Below, one piece after another: positions 22,508 to 34,822 of a DNA stretch of 64,000 nt. The notes beneath the pieces were generated by a model that was given only the letters and a program-made list of their open reading frames with translations, was not told the DNA's origin and did not search any database. Location of the stretch: the NCBI GenBank assembly GCA_051362555.1, contig CM120643.1:27036848-27100847 (forward strand). Reading direction: 5' to 3'. The DNA comes from Lingula anatina (taxonomy: Eukaryota > Animalia > Brachiopoda). How positions within the stretch are numbered: the stretch's first letter is position 1; each line of letters begins with the position of its first letter. The translations under genes were made by a program, and so were the position numbers.

Positions 22508-25500
22508 TTAACTTTTGATATTCATCTTAGACATTTGGGTGTCGGTCTCCTCCTCCATGTCGTCGAGTTGATCCTCAACGTAGTCCTCGGCACTTCCGGT
22601 CATCTGCCTGAGGGCGTTCAGTGTCAGGATGTCCACTCTGGGGTCAATGGAGGTCTCGGACTCGTAGTTCTTCACGGGTTGGACGTGATTACTCTGTATA
22701 CCGAATGCGTCACTGATTTCTTTCACTTTCTTTTCAATCAGACGACTGTGAAATATCACAGATGGGTCTTCAGCTACGTCTTTGCATACTTTGTCCACCT
22801 TGGTCAAGATAACGTGGACAGGGATATCTGCAAGAGTTTGAACTTCAGTGATTAAATTATTCCTACTCTTAAAGCATTATTTGTACACACTGATCTGTGG
22901 TCAAGTCAGCAAGACAATTACACCTTCAAATAATCAAGTCTGAATATTTCATCAATCAACAATTAAACTACATGCACTTCCCAGGAACAAGACCCCAGCA
23001 GATGAGTGTACAGGGTCTATATACATACTCAGTGAGGCGAGGCTCAGATATGTTACCCATGAGACTTCTCCCTTCCACCCCTTCACTTGCCTATATTAAT
23101 GGGTATGTTCAAGCAAACGAGGCCAATTTCATTGATATATCCCGTCTTCCCTACAACTACGTGGAAGTATATACAAGTACATGTACGAGTATCGCACCCC
23201 TTTAAAAGAAAACGACTTTCGAAAATTAGTAGGCCTATCTAACTTATTCGAAATCGCGCCACAGCGCCACATCTGTCATGCAAGTAATTAAATATCAAAA
23301 CAAAAACATAATAATTTTTAAAATCAGTTACAGAAATATAGACATTACCATTGTCACGTGCCAGAGTTCGTATACCCAGCAATTTGTCCTTGACCTTGGG
23401 TGGCATGACCTTGTATGTGCTGCCATCTATGACAAGTGCTACGCAGTGAATGACGTCAGCCAAACCAGGATCCTTCACAAAACCAGGAGATTTACGTGTG
23501 ATACGCACAGCCGGGTTAAACTGGAGATAAATTAGATAAATTAGATTAAAAAGTGTCATTTATATAAACTTAATTGCACTTTATTACATTACTACTTCTG
23601 ACGAAAACTGTAAGAGGCTTTTAATTAAAAAAAATAGGTAAAACCATTTAGTTAAACTCAAATCAAATAATGAATTTAGCACAATGAATATTTCTCATCT
23701 GATTGTTATTTATTTGGAAATTTTAAAGAGTGCTGAATCATTTTCGATAGCCTAACGTTGCATATCCCATAATTAAAGTCTTAGGGTGGGATAACAATTA
23801 ACTGTCAGGGTGTTAGACACCTGCTTCTTTACCATCAGGGCCCCGTATCTCGAAAGCTTCGCTCGTTGCAAGCGGGCGCAAGCATAGCGATTCCACGCTA
23901 TTTGCGAGTGCGATTGCACCCACCTGCTATCTGCACCCACCTGCTATCTCGAAGCCTTAGCAAACGCAACGCAATATATTATAACCTCAAACTCATCATA
24001 ATAGGAATATCATAATTACAAATACTGATATTTGAAGTATTTGACACAAATGAAATGTCAAAAACAATTCAATAAGCGAAGCTTGGACTGACACAATTAC
24101 TGATACATTGGTGAGAAGTGTTCAGTCTCACAATAATAGACATTGAGGAAGGTCACGGTGCAACCAAATGCTTTGTTTCTGCTTTTTCATTTTGTGTAGA
24201 AAATGACACTTTTTAAATTTATGATTATTATCAATATACTACACAGATGAATAATATTGATCAGAAAATATAAAATGATGTTTGAAATGTTTAATTTTGA
24301 AAATTTTATGCATAATAAAACATGACTTTAGCATTCTTCACGTGAAGTTTTTCTATCAGAGGTACCGAGTGATTTAATCTTTTATAAGCTTGTATGTTTT
24401 TGTTATGTTTTGTTATACGCTATTATCATAGCAACTCAAACTTGCCACCACGTTTAATTACATGAAAGACACATTAAAATGACAAATTATGCATACGCAA
24501 AGGCCATTGCGACAGGTTTTACTCACCGCAAAAAATAATCTCGAAACTAATGGTGATTTCGCTATTAGCGCACGGTCGCGATTTGCGAGGCTTTCGAGAT
24601 ATGGGGTAGAGAGGAATCGCCATGCTTGCGCCCGCTCGCCATAAGCGATGCTTTCGATATACGGGGCCCAGAATGCCTCTGTCTTCCCTGTGACTCTCGA
24701 CTCCGGGAGCTAAGTAATACATCACTGACCTGGAAATGGTCCGGCACGTGACCATCTAGCACATGGGACATGTCGACCACATCTAGTCCCTGGTCCTCTT
24801 CTAGACCCATGGTGTCACACAGACGGAACGCAGGTATCTGGTGGCCTCCTCGAATCTCATACACACGATACTAGAATAAGTAGAACAACAACAAGAAGAA
24901 ATATAAAAACAAATAACTGACACTGCAACTAACATTAGGCCACCGACCAACGTTGATAGCTTTCACTTTGTAAATGACCTGGATGGCTGATTAAATGATC
25001 TATTGTCGGCAAGGAGAAGTCTCCATTGCCCCACCCCTTACATATGTATGTGCGTGAAATTAACATGAGACTTCCTTTCTTGTTCAGTGGTGGATTTCCC
25101 ACTCGTACCCAGATAGCTTCTTTGGCGCCATGTTTGCTCTGGTTTTCCTTCCAGAGTTATTCATGTATTCATCATTCTTATCTACTGAATGACATTCACG
25201 CATTTAGAAACAAAGAAAGAAAGAAGCGAATCTGCGCCTGGATTTCTCCTTCAAAACGCATTTTAATATTTTGATCACACCGTAAATATCTTCATCTTAA
25301 AGTCCAATGAAGCCACCCTGAGCTTCGGAGATAACTTGACACTAACCTCTTCACAATAGCCTATCTTCATCGTGTCAAGTTACCTCTGACCACATTCGAT
25401 TGCCCCCGCCGCCCGCCAATCAAATTTAAAGCCCGCACTCAATGACTCATTGAATGATCTAGCCAATGAACGCGAACGAGTCAAAGCGCGATTTGTTCAA

Positions 25501-27599
25501 ATCCGGACCAATCAAAGATAAGGCTGAATATCAGGGACTTGCCGTAACCTGTGGGCAGCACGCAAAATACATCATCCCTCAGTAGATAATGATGCAGGGC
25601 CTCAAACTGCTCTGGTTTCAATTCCGATATACTCATATTTTGCAAAGAATCAACAGATAACTTAACACATTATTTTACGTAGTCACTCGTAGGAGACGCC
25701 ATGCTTTCTTCGTGTACGGTTATGCACTCGGAACTACTCGGATGTCTCCGCACTCGACAATAACTTTGTTGTTAGTATGGAGCTTGCGGAATCAGCCGAG
25801 GATTACCGATTGATGGTCAACCAATCAGCGTTTTCACCAAACTTTGGTGAAAATTTTTGAAACTTGGATTCGATTGGCTTATATAAACTAGGTCAAACTA
25901 TTTTTGTCAGAGGTAACTTGACACGATGAAGATAGGCTATAGTGAAGATGTTAGTGTCAAGTTATCTCTGAAGCTCAGGGTGAATGAAGGCTGCTCTTGG
26001 TAAAATCCCATTTATATACCAATGGATAATTATATAATCATGCAAATACATACCTTGGTTGTGAGGCTATGGGGTGCTGTTCCAGTCGCCGCCTGGCTGC
26101 GGACTTTGCCTTTCCACACAGAACGGACGGTGTTAAAGAAACTGGATTTCCCTGCCCCCACACAGCCCACCAGGAGGAGCCGTACGGCGGGCACTTTGGC
26201 CGGGCTTGGAGTGGAGAACGACACCAATTCATCAAAAAGTTTGTCTTTAGTCTGAGAAAAAAAGTAAAAAACAGTTAAAGAGCTACACAGAACCCCCAAA
26301 TGTGCCTTTTTTAATGTTAATTTGTTTGTGGATGTTCCTGCTTGCTATCGTTCACTGAATCAACATTACAAAAGTATAGGTGTGGCAGAATGCAGAGCTC
26401 TACGTGCTGCATCTTTGGTCTACAAGAGTCAATAGTACTAAGGATACTATAAATTTGACAAGTAATTGAGCCTGTCTCAAAAAGAAACAAACAAACAAGC
26501 AAGCAAAAAAAAAGTAAAGATAAATTCCTACGGAATTTGATAAATAATTTAACTATCTTATTAACACAAAAACGGTGGAGTATACTACAACAATAAGTAA
26601 GAATGAAGGTTTATTAAAGTCAACATTACTTATTACATTTTTCATTGAGGTATGTCAAAGAGATACATGTACCTTATTATTCCAGTCGTTAATGTCAGTT
26701 TTGCGCCACGGTTTATCTTTTTCATATAATTCATCTTCCAGATTCCCATCTGTAAAAGAATAACGATGATTTGAGATAAATTACCTGTAGAGAAATATCT
26801 AATGTTGTGAAAAATATGTATTAGTTGGGCCGTTAAAAGGTACCACATCTATTTATATCATTTAATATTGAGAGGAAGTCTAGGTATTCATTGTCACGTA
26901 ATGTAAATAAAATGGCACATATAATAGTTTTAACTTTTTATACTTTACAAACACTCACTTAAAAACTTCGCAATTTTGTTTATTTTCTCTAATATTTCAC
27001 TCATTAATGAGAAAAAAATCATTTGAAACTAGAAATGAAATCAAACATTGGCTATTATTCAGTTGTCGAGAACAATGGCACTTACGTTTTACGGCGTACA
27101 CTTCAATGTCGAGATAGGCGTTGTTGGTACCAGTGAATGTTTGGGCGTTGTAGCCATTGGCATGATAACTATTACCGATGTAACCGCCGCCATTTGTGTT
27201 GAAATAAGCACCAGACTTATTGTATGAATTGTAAAAGAACAACAGATCATGACCACCTCCAAACGTGGGGCCGTATGTAGCGTTGTCATAAACATCATTC
27301 CCGTTCCCATTGCGAGCAAACTTTACCATGTTTGGTAAGAGCTGGAACAAAAATGCACGGTCATCATTATAATAACTTCCGCGTGATGTCCACGCGATGC
27401 TCGTGTATCCCCCTATGACGTAACCAGCGCTGTTCTGACCAATAGAAACAGTCGGACCTTGGTTGTTGCACTTCGCATGGAAAGCCTGACCATTGCAGCC
27501 GTCTCTGGTGGCGCTGTACAGGAGGTCAAATGTCAAGGCCGGGTCACCAATCCACGTACGGAGTTGTTTCCGGTACGCCTTGTTATCAAGTATCGGCAT
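22508..27599 (-). CDS. IFI44L: Interferon-induced protein 44-like (N-terminal TLDc domain + P-loop NTPase domain), 473 aa, 6 coding exons
   Basis: Exons 27599-27086, 26749-26673, 26251-26054, 24870-24730, 23520-23349 and 22827-22508; all GT/AG, phases 1,0,0,0,1, total 1422 nt. TLDc motifs LLYSATRDG..FHAKCNNQGPT, GGYT, AFLF, GPTFGGGHDL and IEVY. IFI44-family motifs KPWR, LLLVGCVGAGKSSFFNTV, LCDTMGLE, IHCVALVID, LTKVD and VKNYESE. The symbol is family-level; orthology is untested. Confidence 0.93.
23839..24668. mobile_element. PIF/Harbinger-type MITE in IFI44-like intron
   Basis: TIR GGCCCCGTAT(C/A)TCGAAAGC..., imperfect over ~55 bp. 3-bp TSD CAG at 23836-23838 and 24669-24671. Confidence 0.85.
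25314..25982. mobile_element. MITE with ~77-bp TIRs and 8-bp TSD in IFI44-like intron
   Basis: CACCCTGAGCTTC(G/A)GAGATAACTTGACACTAAC... at both ends. Flanks AATGAAGC / AATGAAGG match at 7 of 8 positions. Superfamily not determined. Confidence 0.85.
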
Positions 27600-27854
27600 T
27601 GCGGCTAGTAGGGCTGAAACAAACGTTATAATGTGTATTCTAATAGTTAATAAACAATAATAGGTACAGTATCAATGGTGGACCCAGGACCTTCCTGGGA
27701 AGGGGGGGGTGATGTCGACGAGGCAATTTGACCACATTGCATGCGAGGCGCTTGAGAACGAATCGCTAGGTTTTGCCACATTTTACTCATCTTACTATGG
27801 TTTGGTTGGGGAGGGAAAAATAGGAGAGAAGAGCCATGAGAAAAACTAACACTG

Positions 27855-28440
27855 TGACCCCCTCTCCCACTGTGCCCCACTTTGTCCTTCAGTCACCATG
27901 CCCTCCCTGCTGTGCTATCCTCACTGTGCCCCTCCCCCACTGCGTCCCCCTCCCCCCACTGTGTCCCCCTTTCCCCACTGTGTCTCCCTAGCCTCACTGC
28001 GTCCCCTTATCCCCTCTGTGTCCCCCCTACCCCCACCGTGTCCCCCTACCCCCACTGTGTCCCCCTAACCCCACTGCGCCCCCCTACCCCCACTGTGTCC
28101 CCCTACCCCACTGTGACCCCCACTGTGTCCCCCTACCCTCACTGTGTCCCCCACTGTGTCCCCAACTGTGTCCCCCTACCCCACTGTGTCCCCCCTACCC
28201 CACTGTGTCCCCCTACCCCCACTGTGTCCCCCTACCCCACTGTGTCCCCCTACCCCCACTGTGTCCCCCTACCCCCACTGTGCCCCCCACGGTGTCCCCC
28301 TACCCCACTGTGCCCCCCTGCCCCACTGTGTCCCCCTAACCCCACTGTGCCCCCCACGGTGTCCCCCTACCCCACTGTGCCCCCCCCCCCCCCCCCCCCC
28401 CACTGTCTCCCATAAGCCCACTCCGTCACCCCAATGTGCC
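27855..28440. repeat. C-rich minisatellite (CCCCACTGTGTCCCCCTA-like units)
   Basis: Direct tandem repetition. The minus (sense) strand is rich in G-runs. Confidence 0.95.
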
Positions 28441-28451
28441 CCCCTCTACCA

Positions 28452-28545
28452 TTGCCTCAGTTTTCGGCCTTACAAGCTCACGGTACCCTTACCGCTGGTT
28501 TCTGGTAAGGGTACCGTGAGCTTGTAAGGCCGAAAACTGAGGCAA
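28452..28545. mobile_element. 94-bp perfect hairpin mini-element
   Basis: Perfect 42-bp arms (28452-28493, 28504-28545) around a 10-nt loop. Flanked by CCTCTACCA / CCTCTACCC, an 8-9 bp duplication. Confidence 0.85.
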
Positions 28546-28878
28546 CCTCTACCCCCACTGCGTCCATCATTGCTGTGTACACAATTTTTACTGCTTAGAC
28601 GAGCAGAAAACTACGAATGCAATGTACAAGTTCGTACTGGTACATGTAGGCCTATAGTTTATCATCTTTATCTAATGAATGCCAGTCCTACTTTACAACG
28701 CGACCTACAGTTTTATTACCCCGCTATCTTCTCACACATGACAATGATAAGAATTCGGGACTCACACATATGGAAGGTTGACGAGATAGAATAGCAGCCT
28801 GTCCAGTTAACGTATACAAGTGCATTTAATATAAGTGTAACATTCCCAAATATAATATGTATACTTAATGTACCTTAC

Positions 28879-29060
28879 TTTCTTTGTTTTCCTTGTAGGC
28901 GTTTACTATAGTTATCGTCTTCTATCAGTGAATTTTAACCTTTTCAAATACACACCTTTTCCGGAAATAATGAGCAAAAATAGCACTGGAAATCCCGCGC
29001 CAAATACGTAGAACTAGCAAATGTGGTTTAGGTTTGCTTTTACAGCAGAGCGGAAATTCC
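28879..29060 (-). promoter_or_regulatory. Putative non-coding first exon and proximal promoter of the IFI44-like gene, with two kB-like sites
   Basis: The acceptor TTTGTTTCAG lies 14 nt upstream of the ATG (exon start 27613), implying a 5'UTR intron. Candidate donor AAA|GTAAGG at 28879/28878. Minus-strand GGGATTTCC (28988-28996) and GGAATTTCC (29052-29060). Confidence 0.35.
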
Positions 29061-29259
29061 ACAAGTATCTTGAAGGTCACTTGCTGCAGTCTGGAAACAG
29101 GTCACATCAGGTTGAAAATGGCGGCAACTTGTCATCTCAGTCAGAACACGCGCCACAGCGCCTGCTAACAAAGGTTTTGATAGTGCACTCTAGGCATTTT
29201 GGGTAGGGCTGCCTGCACACCGGACAACCCAAAACCTGGGCTACAGGGTTCGTAAGACT

Positions 29260-29759
29260 CAAGCGTGGATTTTTTTAAAAGTGGGGGGGGGGGGGGGGGG
29301 GGGGGGCGCGGAAGCGAAGTCGCCCTCTCCCCTTGGAGTGGGGTCAGGGGCCTGCTGAAGAGACCATTCAATTGGTATTTTAGAGGGCGAACGATGCCAT
29401 TTGGTACGGTTAAGAACTATGATTCCACTAGTCCAAATTGTAATTTCAAGAGGAGACGGTGGGATTTTTTTCAGAAATCTAAGGGGGGTCAGGACCCCCT
29501 AAGACCCCGTAAATCTGCCACTGTTTACCGCGCCACTTTACCGGCTTCTTACAGGTAATTCGTCCATTGGGGGAAGGGGGTGGGGTACTCCCTTTCACTG
29601 GCGACAATACACAAAAAGTCAGCCATTTAAGTGACAATCTGACGTAAGGGGCGGATCCAGGATTACTTGAATGGGGGTCCGATTTTTTTTTAGGAATGAC
29701 AGTCCTCGGAAAAAAGCCAGTTCAGGACACCCCTGACCCCCCCCCCATATCTGCCATTG
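29260..29759. mobile_element. Two adjacent copies of a CAGGGGCGGATCC...ATCCGCCACTG hAT-like MITE family (~29260-29523, 29646-29759)
   Basis: Shared GGCGGATCCAGGATTA.TTGAA.GGGG and CCCCTAAATCCGCCACTG-like ends, as also seen at 44161, 45390 and 48308. Confidence 0.65.
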
Positions 29760-30069
29760 AAACGACACTCTCCTCGTTTCCTGATAGAGACAACCCTGTC
29801 TATGTATGCAATTAATTATTTTTATAATTAAAACTTATGGAGTCAAATTAATAACTGCTCAAAACTCACAAGGTGCGGTACTTATGAATTAATACGTTTA
29901 GATATAGTACTTTATGTCCCAGATTTTCTGAGTATAGATGAGTAAGACGAAAAAAGACACGTAGCCTCTATAGACTGTAGTGAACTGTAATAACAGCATA
30001 TTTAATTAAAAAAATACCCTCAACCCTAGCTCACAGAGGAGACAAGCCTTATGTAACATCCAACTTTCG

Positions 30070-30260
30070 TGACCACCACCCCCTCAACACTGGGAGCCTT
30101 TTATGACCACCACCCCATCTCAACACTGGGAGGCTGACATGCCCCCCCCCCCCCCCTCAACACTGGGAGGCTGACATGCCCCCCCCCCCCCCCCCCCCCC
30201 TCAACACTGGGAGCCTGACATGACCACCACCCCATCTCAATACTGGGGCCTGACATGACA
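30070..30260. repeat. ~35-45-bp tandem repeat (C-run + TCAACACTGGGAGGCTGACATG), 5 copies
   Basis: TCAA(C/T)ACTGGG recurs five times with variable C-runs. Confidence 0.85.
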
Positions 30261-30379
30261 CCCAATGTTTTTTTCATGGACAATTTCTCCGCATCGTTGC
30301 TGCAATGTGTGATTTATGGTAATGAGGACATTACAGTTGTCAACGTTATGGCTCTTTGGGACAGTATTCATTATCATTC

Positions 30380-30514
30380 AGTTATCCAAGCCTTGGCATT
30401 TAATCTTTTTTTAATATGGTCGGTAGTAGGCAGCTTTCGGACTGCCCATGGTGAGAACATATCGCCTCTCACCCAAACCTAATATAGAGGTGCATTTCAC
30501 ACGCTGAAGTGTCC

Positions 30515-30566
<52 letters not shown>

Positions 30567-30567
30567 T
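30380..30567 (+). repeat. Interspersed repeat 3' end (SINE/LINE-like) with (AAT)n tail; related copy at ~345-392
   Basis: TCACCCAAACC..TATAGAGGTG.ATTTCACA.GCTGAAGTGTC occurs at ~30469-30513 and ~347-391. Here it is followed by (AAT)n. Confidence 0.6.
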
Positions 30568-31781
30568 TGAATGAATTAAAGGTGTATTCATTTTTTTCAA
30601 TTTTTAAAACGTGTATGTGTATATATAGAACCAAAAATCCACGACTGTCTCAATTTTAATTTAATTTTTAATTTTTACCTTGTCTTTACATTATGTAAAG
30701 AGCCCTAAATGATAACGTTTTAATTGATTTACGTTTTAATTGATTTGATTGATTTAATTGATAAACGTCTCTTTGTAATCCTACCCAAGTAAAACGCTAC
30801 CACTGTAATTTTTTCATTCAGTTTTATTCAACATAACCACTTAAAAGATCTGCCGCAAAATCCAGTCAGAAAAATTTTGATAAGATTGGTTTGCTTCTGT
30901 TTTGAAAGGTGATCACAATCAGTTCAAATAGAGTAAGTATTGGTCCTAATTAGTTATTTATATTTGAATTAAAACAAGCGGTGCTTCGTCTAGGTTCACA
31001 GAATGGTTCAGGTTTATATGAAGTCAAAGTAGACTAAAACTTTGGTCTAAAAGGGACCTGAGTCTCCCTAAGTAAGATAACCTTGATCCTTTATTTCTCT
31101 GCTCTAGATCTGCCAACACAATTCAAAGATATATATTATTGTACAACTTGGTTTGAACAATTCATCAAAACTATGGACATTAATAGGTTGCACTGATTTT
31201 TTTCTTTTAATCAAAAGGCCGACATACCTGTGATAGCCTTTTTTTCTATAAATGACAAATTTTATTAAAGATGAACTTATAATTCCCCAACATATATAAC
31301 ATGATATTATATGACAAAAATATCACAATGTGATCCTTGACTTAAAGAACAATGTGTGTTTCCAAGAATTGTACACGTGTAAGTGTCCATGAAACCGTCT
31401 TCTTGATTAATGTATTTACATTTTGTTATCGATATTGATAAGTATCCTGGGTTATTTACAGTAAACTGTTGAGTATACTACTGATTATTGAGTGTTGAGT
31501 GTATTATTGAATACAAGATCTTTGTTTAATACAAAATAATAAATTCATAGTCTCTACCTTTGAAGAGGTTACCCTTTACACTGCTATTACTTAGTTCGGT
31601 ATAATTCCACGAGATCAGTGATCTAGGTTGCTTTGTTTTCACTGAAGAAGTCCGATAATTCACAGCGTACTCATTGTCTGTGCTTGGCATGAACCGTTTT
31701 CATACAGTTACCCATGATGTTTTATAAACACATTCACTATTAAATAATTATCAGTGATAAAGAAGCACAACTGAACATCGC

Positions 31782-34771
31782 TCATCTAAACGCATCCATT
31801 ACAACCAGGAACACAACTACCGCAATCCATTCCGACAAGCGTGTTGCGCCTGCACCGGCCTTGCAATGACCGCTGACGCAAAACTTTGGACGCCGAGTTA
31901 CCCGGAAGCTGTTCTCTGGCGTTGCATGCTCCGCTTCGGGTTGTTTTTTCGTAGTTTGCTTCTCTCTGGGCCTGGAGGTTTTTTGGACAATCTTCTGGGT
32001 GGTCTTTTTCGTTGTAGTCGTAGGTTCAGGTGTTGTCGTGACCGTGGTAAGGCCCGGATGTTTACCTGTGTGGGGGGAAAAGAGAATTTTATGTTCCAGA
32101 TGTTGGTATCAGGGAGACGTACAGATTTTTTAGTGTTATTTGTTGTCGCTTTATAATTAAAGTTAAGAAATTGGTTGATTTTTTTATTGAGTTATGTTCC
32201 CGAATGTAAATAGCAGCGTCGACACTATGTAGGCTATTTTGTGTCTGAGGTCGAAATAAACAAGAAAGCCATACTGCGCTTACATGAGTATATGAACATA
32301 TATGCTATAATCCTCACCTGTGAATATTTTTCCTTCGTAACAGTCTTTAACATTATCCTTATTGTCACATCCATTAATGGTAGGATTGAACCACGTGCCA
32401 TTTGCGCAGGCCACCGTGGCCCGTATTCCTGAGAGACAGCGGTAATACACGGTGCAATCGGTCTCGTGTCTAAAGATGGGCTTCCCGAATGTGTCACACA
32501 GAACTGGACCAGGTGTGGTTTCAACCGTTGTGGTTGCTTCTGTAGTTGTTGTGGCAGGTGTTGTTGACTTTTCTTTCTCACCTGCAATGAAGGAGTGTGG
32601 TTTGATAATGTGACTTTTATACTTCGGTAGACGTGAAATAGAAAGGATCGACCCATGGTGGCGGACCTCGCATCCAAGCTTGACAACCCTACATGCGAGA
32701 ATCACTACAACTGGAACTCGTATTCTCGTCGTCTGCAGTGGCAGAAAATCTCAGTAAAACAATCATGTTTAATAAAACTTGTAGAAGGCACAGTGTGGGC
32801 GACACAGGGTCTTCAAAGCCGATTGGTCAGTCATAACAGCTGCTACAAAACACTTGCTCACCGTATCCCAAGATTATTGTCCGCAAGGTTTATAACTGGA
32901 GGAGCGTTTAGTTTTTACTGTACATCGACTCTTACTGAATATTCCTTTAAGGTTGTTGGGCATACCATACACAAAAGAGAAATTAAGATGTAATTTGTTG
33001 AATATTAAGGATCTGGTCGAGACGGAGAGAATGGTATTCCTGCACCCCCACCCTTCTCGCTCGAGCGGAAGAAATGAGGGTAACAGACTGTCCACTGTAA
33101 GTGATACGGTAGGTCGCACTTACCATAGAAGTATCCACGGTGGAGATCCACGCTGCATTCTGGGTAATCCTTCAGGTGGGTGGTACATTTGCTGTACACG
33201 GAGATGGAACCCTCGGGACAGGAGTTGGGGGTTCGGCGAACTTTGCCCTTAGAGCAAGTGTACCACTTGGTGCAGTCATACGGATGCGGGACGAAGAAGA
33301 TGTTCGGTTGCTTACACTGCAGTATAGGGACCCCGTTACGTTGACAAATGTCTCTGACGTTGCCCGGCGCGTCGCAGAACATCCCGGATGGGTTGAAGAA
33401 GCCGCCGTTCTGGCAGACGCCGACTCTGTGGTCGCCGTTGTAGCACTGGTGATAGAGGGAGCAGTTCCTGGGCTCGGCGTACCATCCGTCTCCAGCCTCG
33501 CTACAGTTTACAGGAGACAGGTAGACGCGAGGGTCAAAAGGAGGCTTCGTTGTTTTAGCTGCTGCCTGGGTAGTGAGATCTGAAAGAGTGACAAAGAGAG
33601 AGATTAATACGGTTATTGATTAATAAATAAATTGATCAATCCATGTGTTAATTCATTATTTTAATCCCTCACGCACATGTCTGTTTATGTGTTCTTTTAT
33701 CTATTCATTCATCTCTTTCTTTAGTAGCTTTTATCATACAGCGCAATGACGAAATTACTTAAACGCCTGCAGACGTGTGTTCTTCTGAGGCGAATTTTTT
33801 TTATATCCAGTCAATTGTTTTTTCCACTCATATGCCTGAATTTATACAGTGTAGTGTCAGAGAAGAATTTCGTCAGCTGTGTTATGTTATTAGATTGGTT
33901 TTTTAGTCAACGGCTAATATAGATAAGTCCTAAAGGCCATTCACATCAAGAAGACAGGGGCCAGTCTCAACAGAAATGATGGTGCCATCCTCCCTGACCT
34001 CTACCTCCCTTTCCTAAGAAAATGTTGCTCCCTACACTGCAGGGGGGGGGGGGGGGGGGGGCTGGCAAGTACACCTCCTGAGTAGAGGCTATTTACCTGG
34101 ATAGTCTCATTCCCTGATGAAGATGTCCTGCTAAACATCGAAATATTGTAGGTAAAATCTATCTTAATATTAGCTGTTGACTGAAGAAAAAATTACACCA
34201 TTCTTAGTGAAGTGTGTTTTTATATAACCGACTATAATCGCACAGTCATATCACAACACCCCTCACCTGGAGTCTCTTCACAGAAAAAGGTGTTACTCCT
34301 CAAGTCACACATTCCACCAGCGCCCCCTGTCGGGTTGAAAACAAGATCTCCCGCGCACTGCATTTCGAGTACCCTCCCACCGCTGAGACACTGAAAATAG
34401 GTGGCGCTGCATCCTGTGGGGTGGGGGAAGTTGCCAATCTTGCCCTTGCAGGCATATGGCGGCGTCGTTGTTGGGGCCGGAGTGGTAGTTGTCACCGCTA
34501 AGGTCGAAAAACAGAGAGAGAGAATACTATTAAACTCACTATTTTGATCCCATAAAGATGCATTTATACATGCATGGCATTGACAGAATGTTTCTTTCAT
34601 TATGTTCGAATAAAAAAAAAAACAGTGCATAAGCAAATACACATGTAATAGTACAATGCACCAATAGATATAAATTCATTTATATTTATATTAACAGTTC
34701 ACATAGGTATATAGGTTGGTATCTTTGAAATACACAGCTGTTAAAATTAGTTGCTCTTCTTCTTCTTCTTC

Positions 34772-34822
<51 letters not shown>

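Noticed and set aside
27882-28527. Pro/Cys/Thr-rich ORFs (177 and 127 aa)
   Set aside because: Translations of a C-rich minisatellite with non-ATG starts.
28958-29040. STAT (TTCCGGAA) and ISRE-like motifs near the IFI44-like promoter
   Set aside because: Spacing and sequence do not match the TTCN3GAA or GAAANNGAAA consensus well enough.
32866-32899. Possible extra micro-exon in chitin-binding gene A
   Set aside because: It has AG/GT ends but its length would break the phase-1 frame; the model is complete without it.
33140-33583. 147-aa plus-strand ORF and similar antisense ORFs over exons (e.g. 22535-22855, 41476-41973)
   Set aside because: Antisense shadows of real minus-strand exons.
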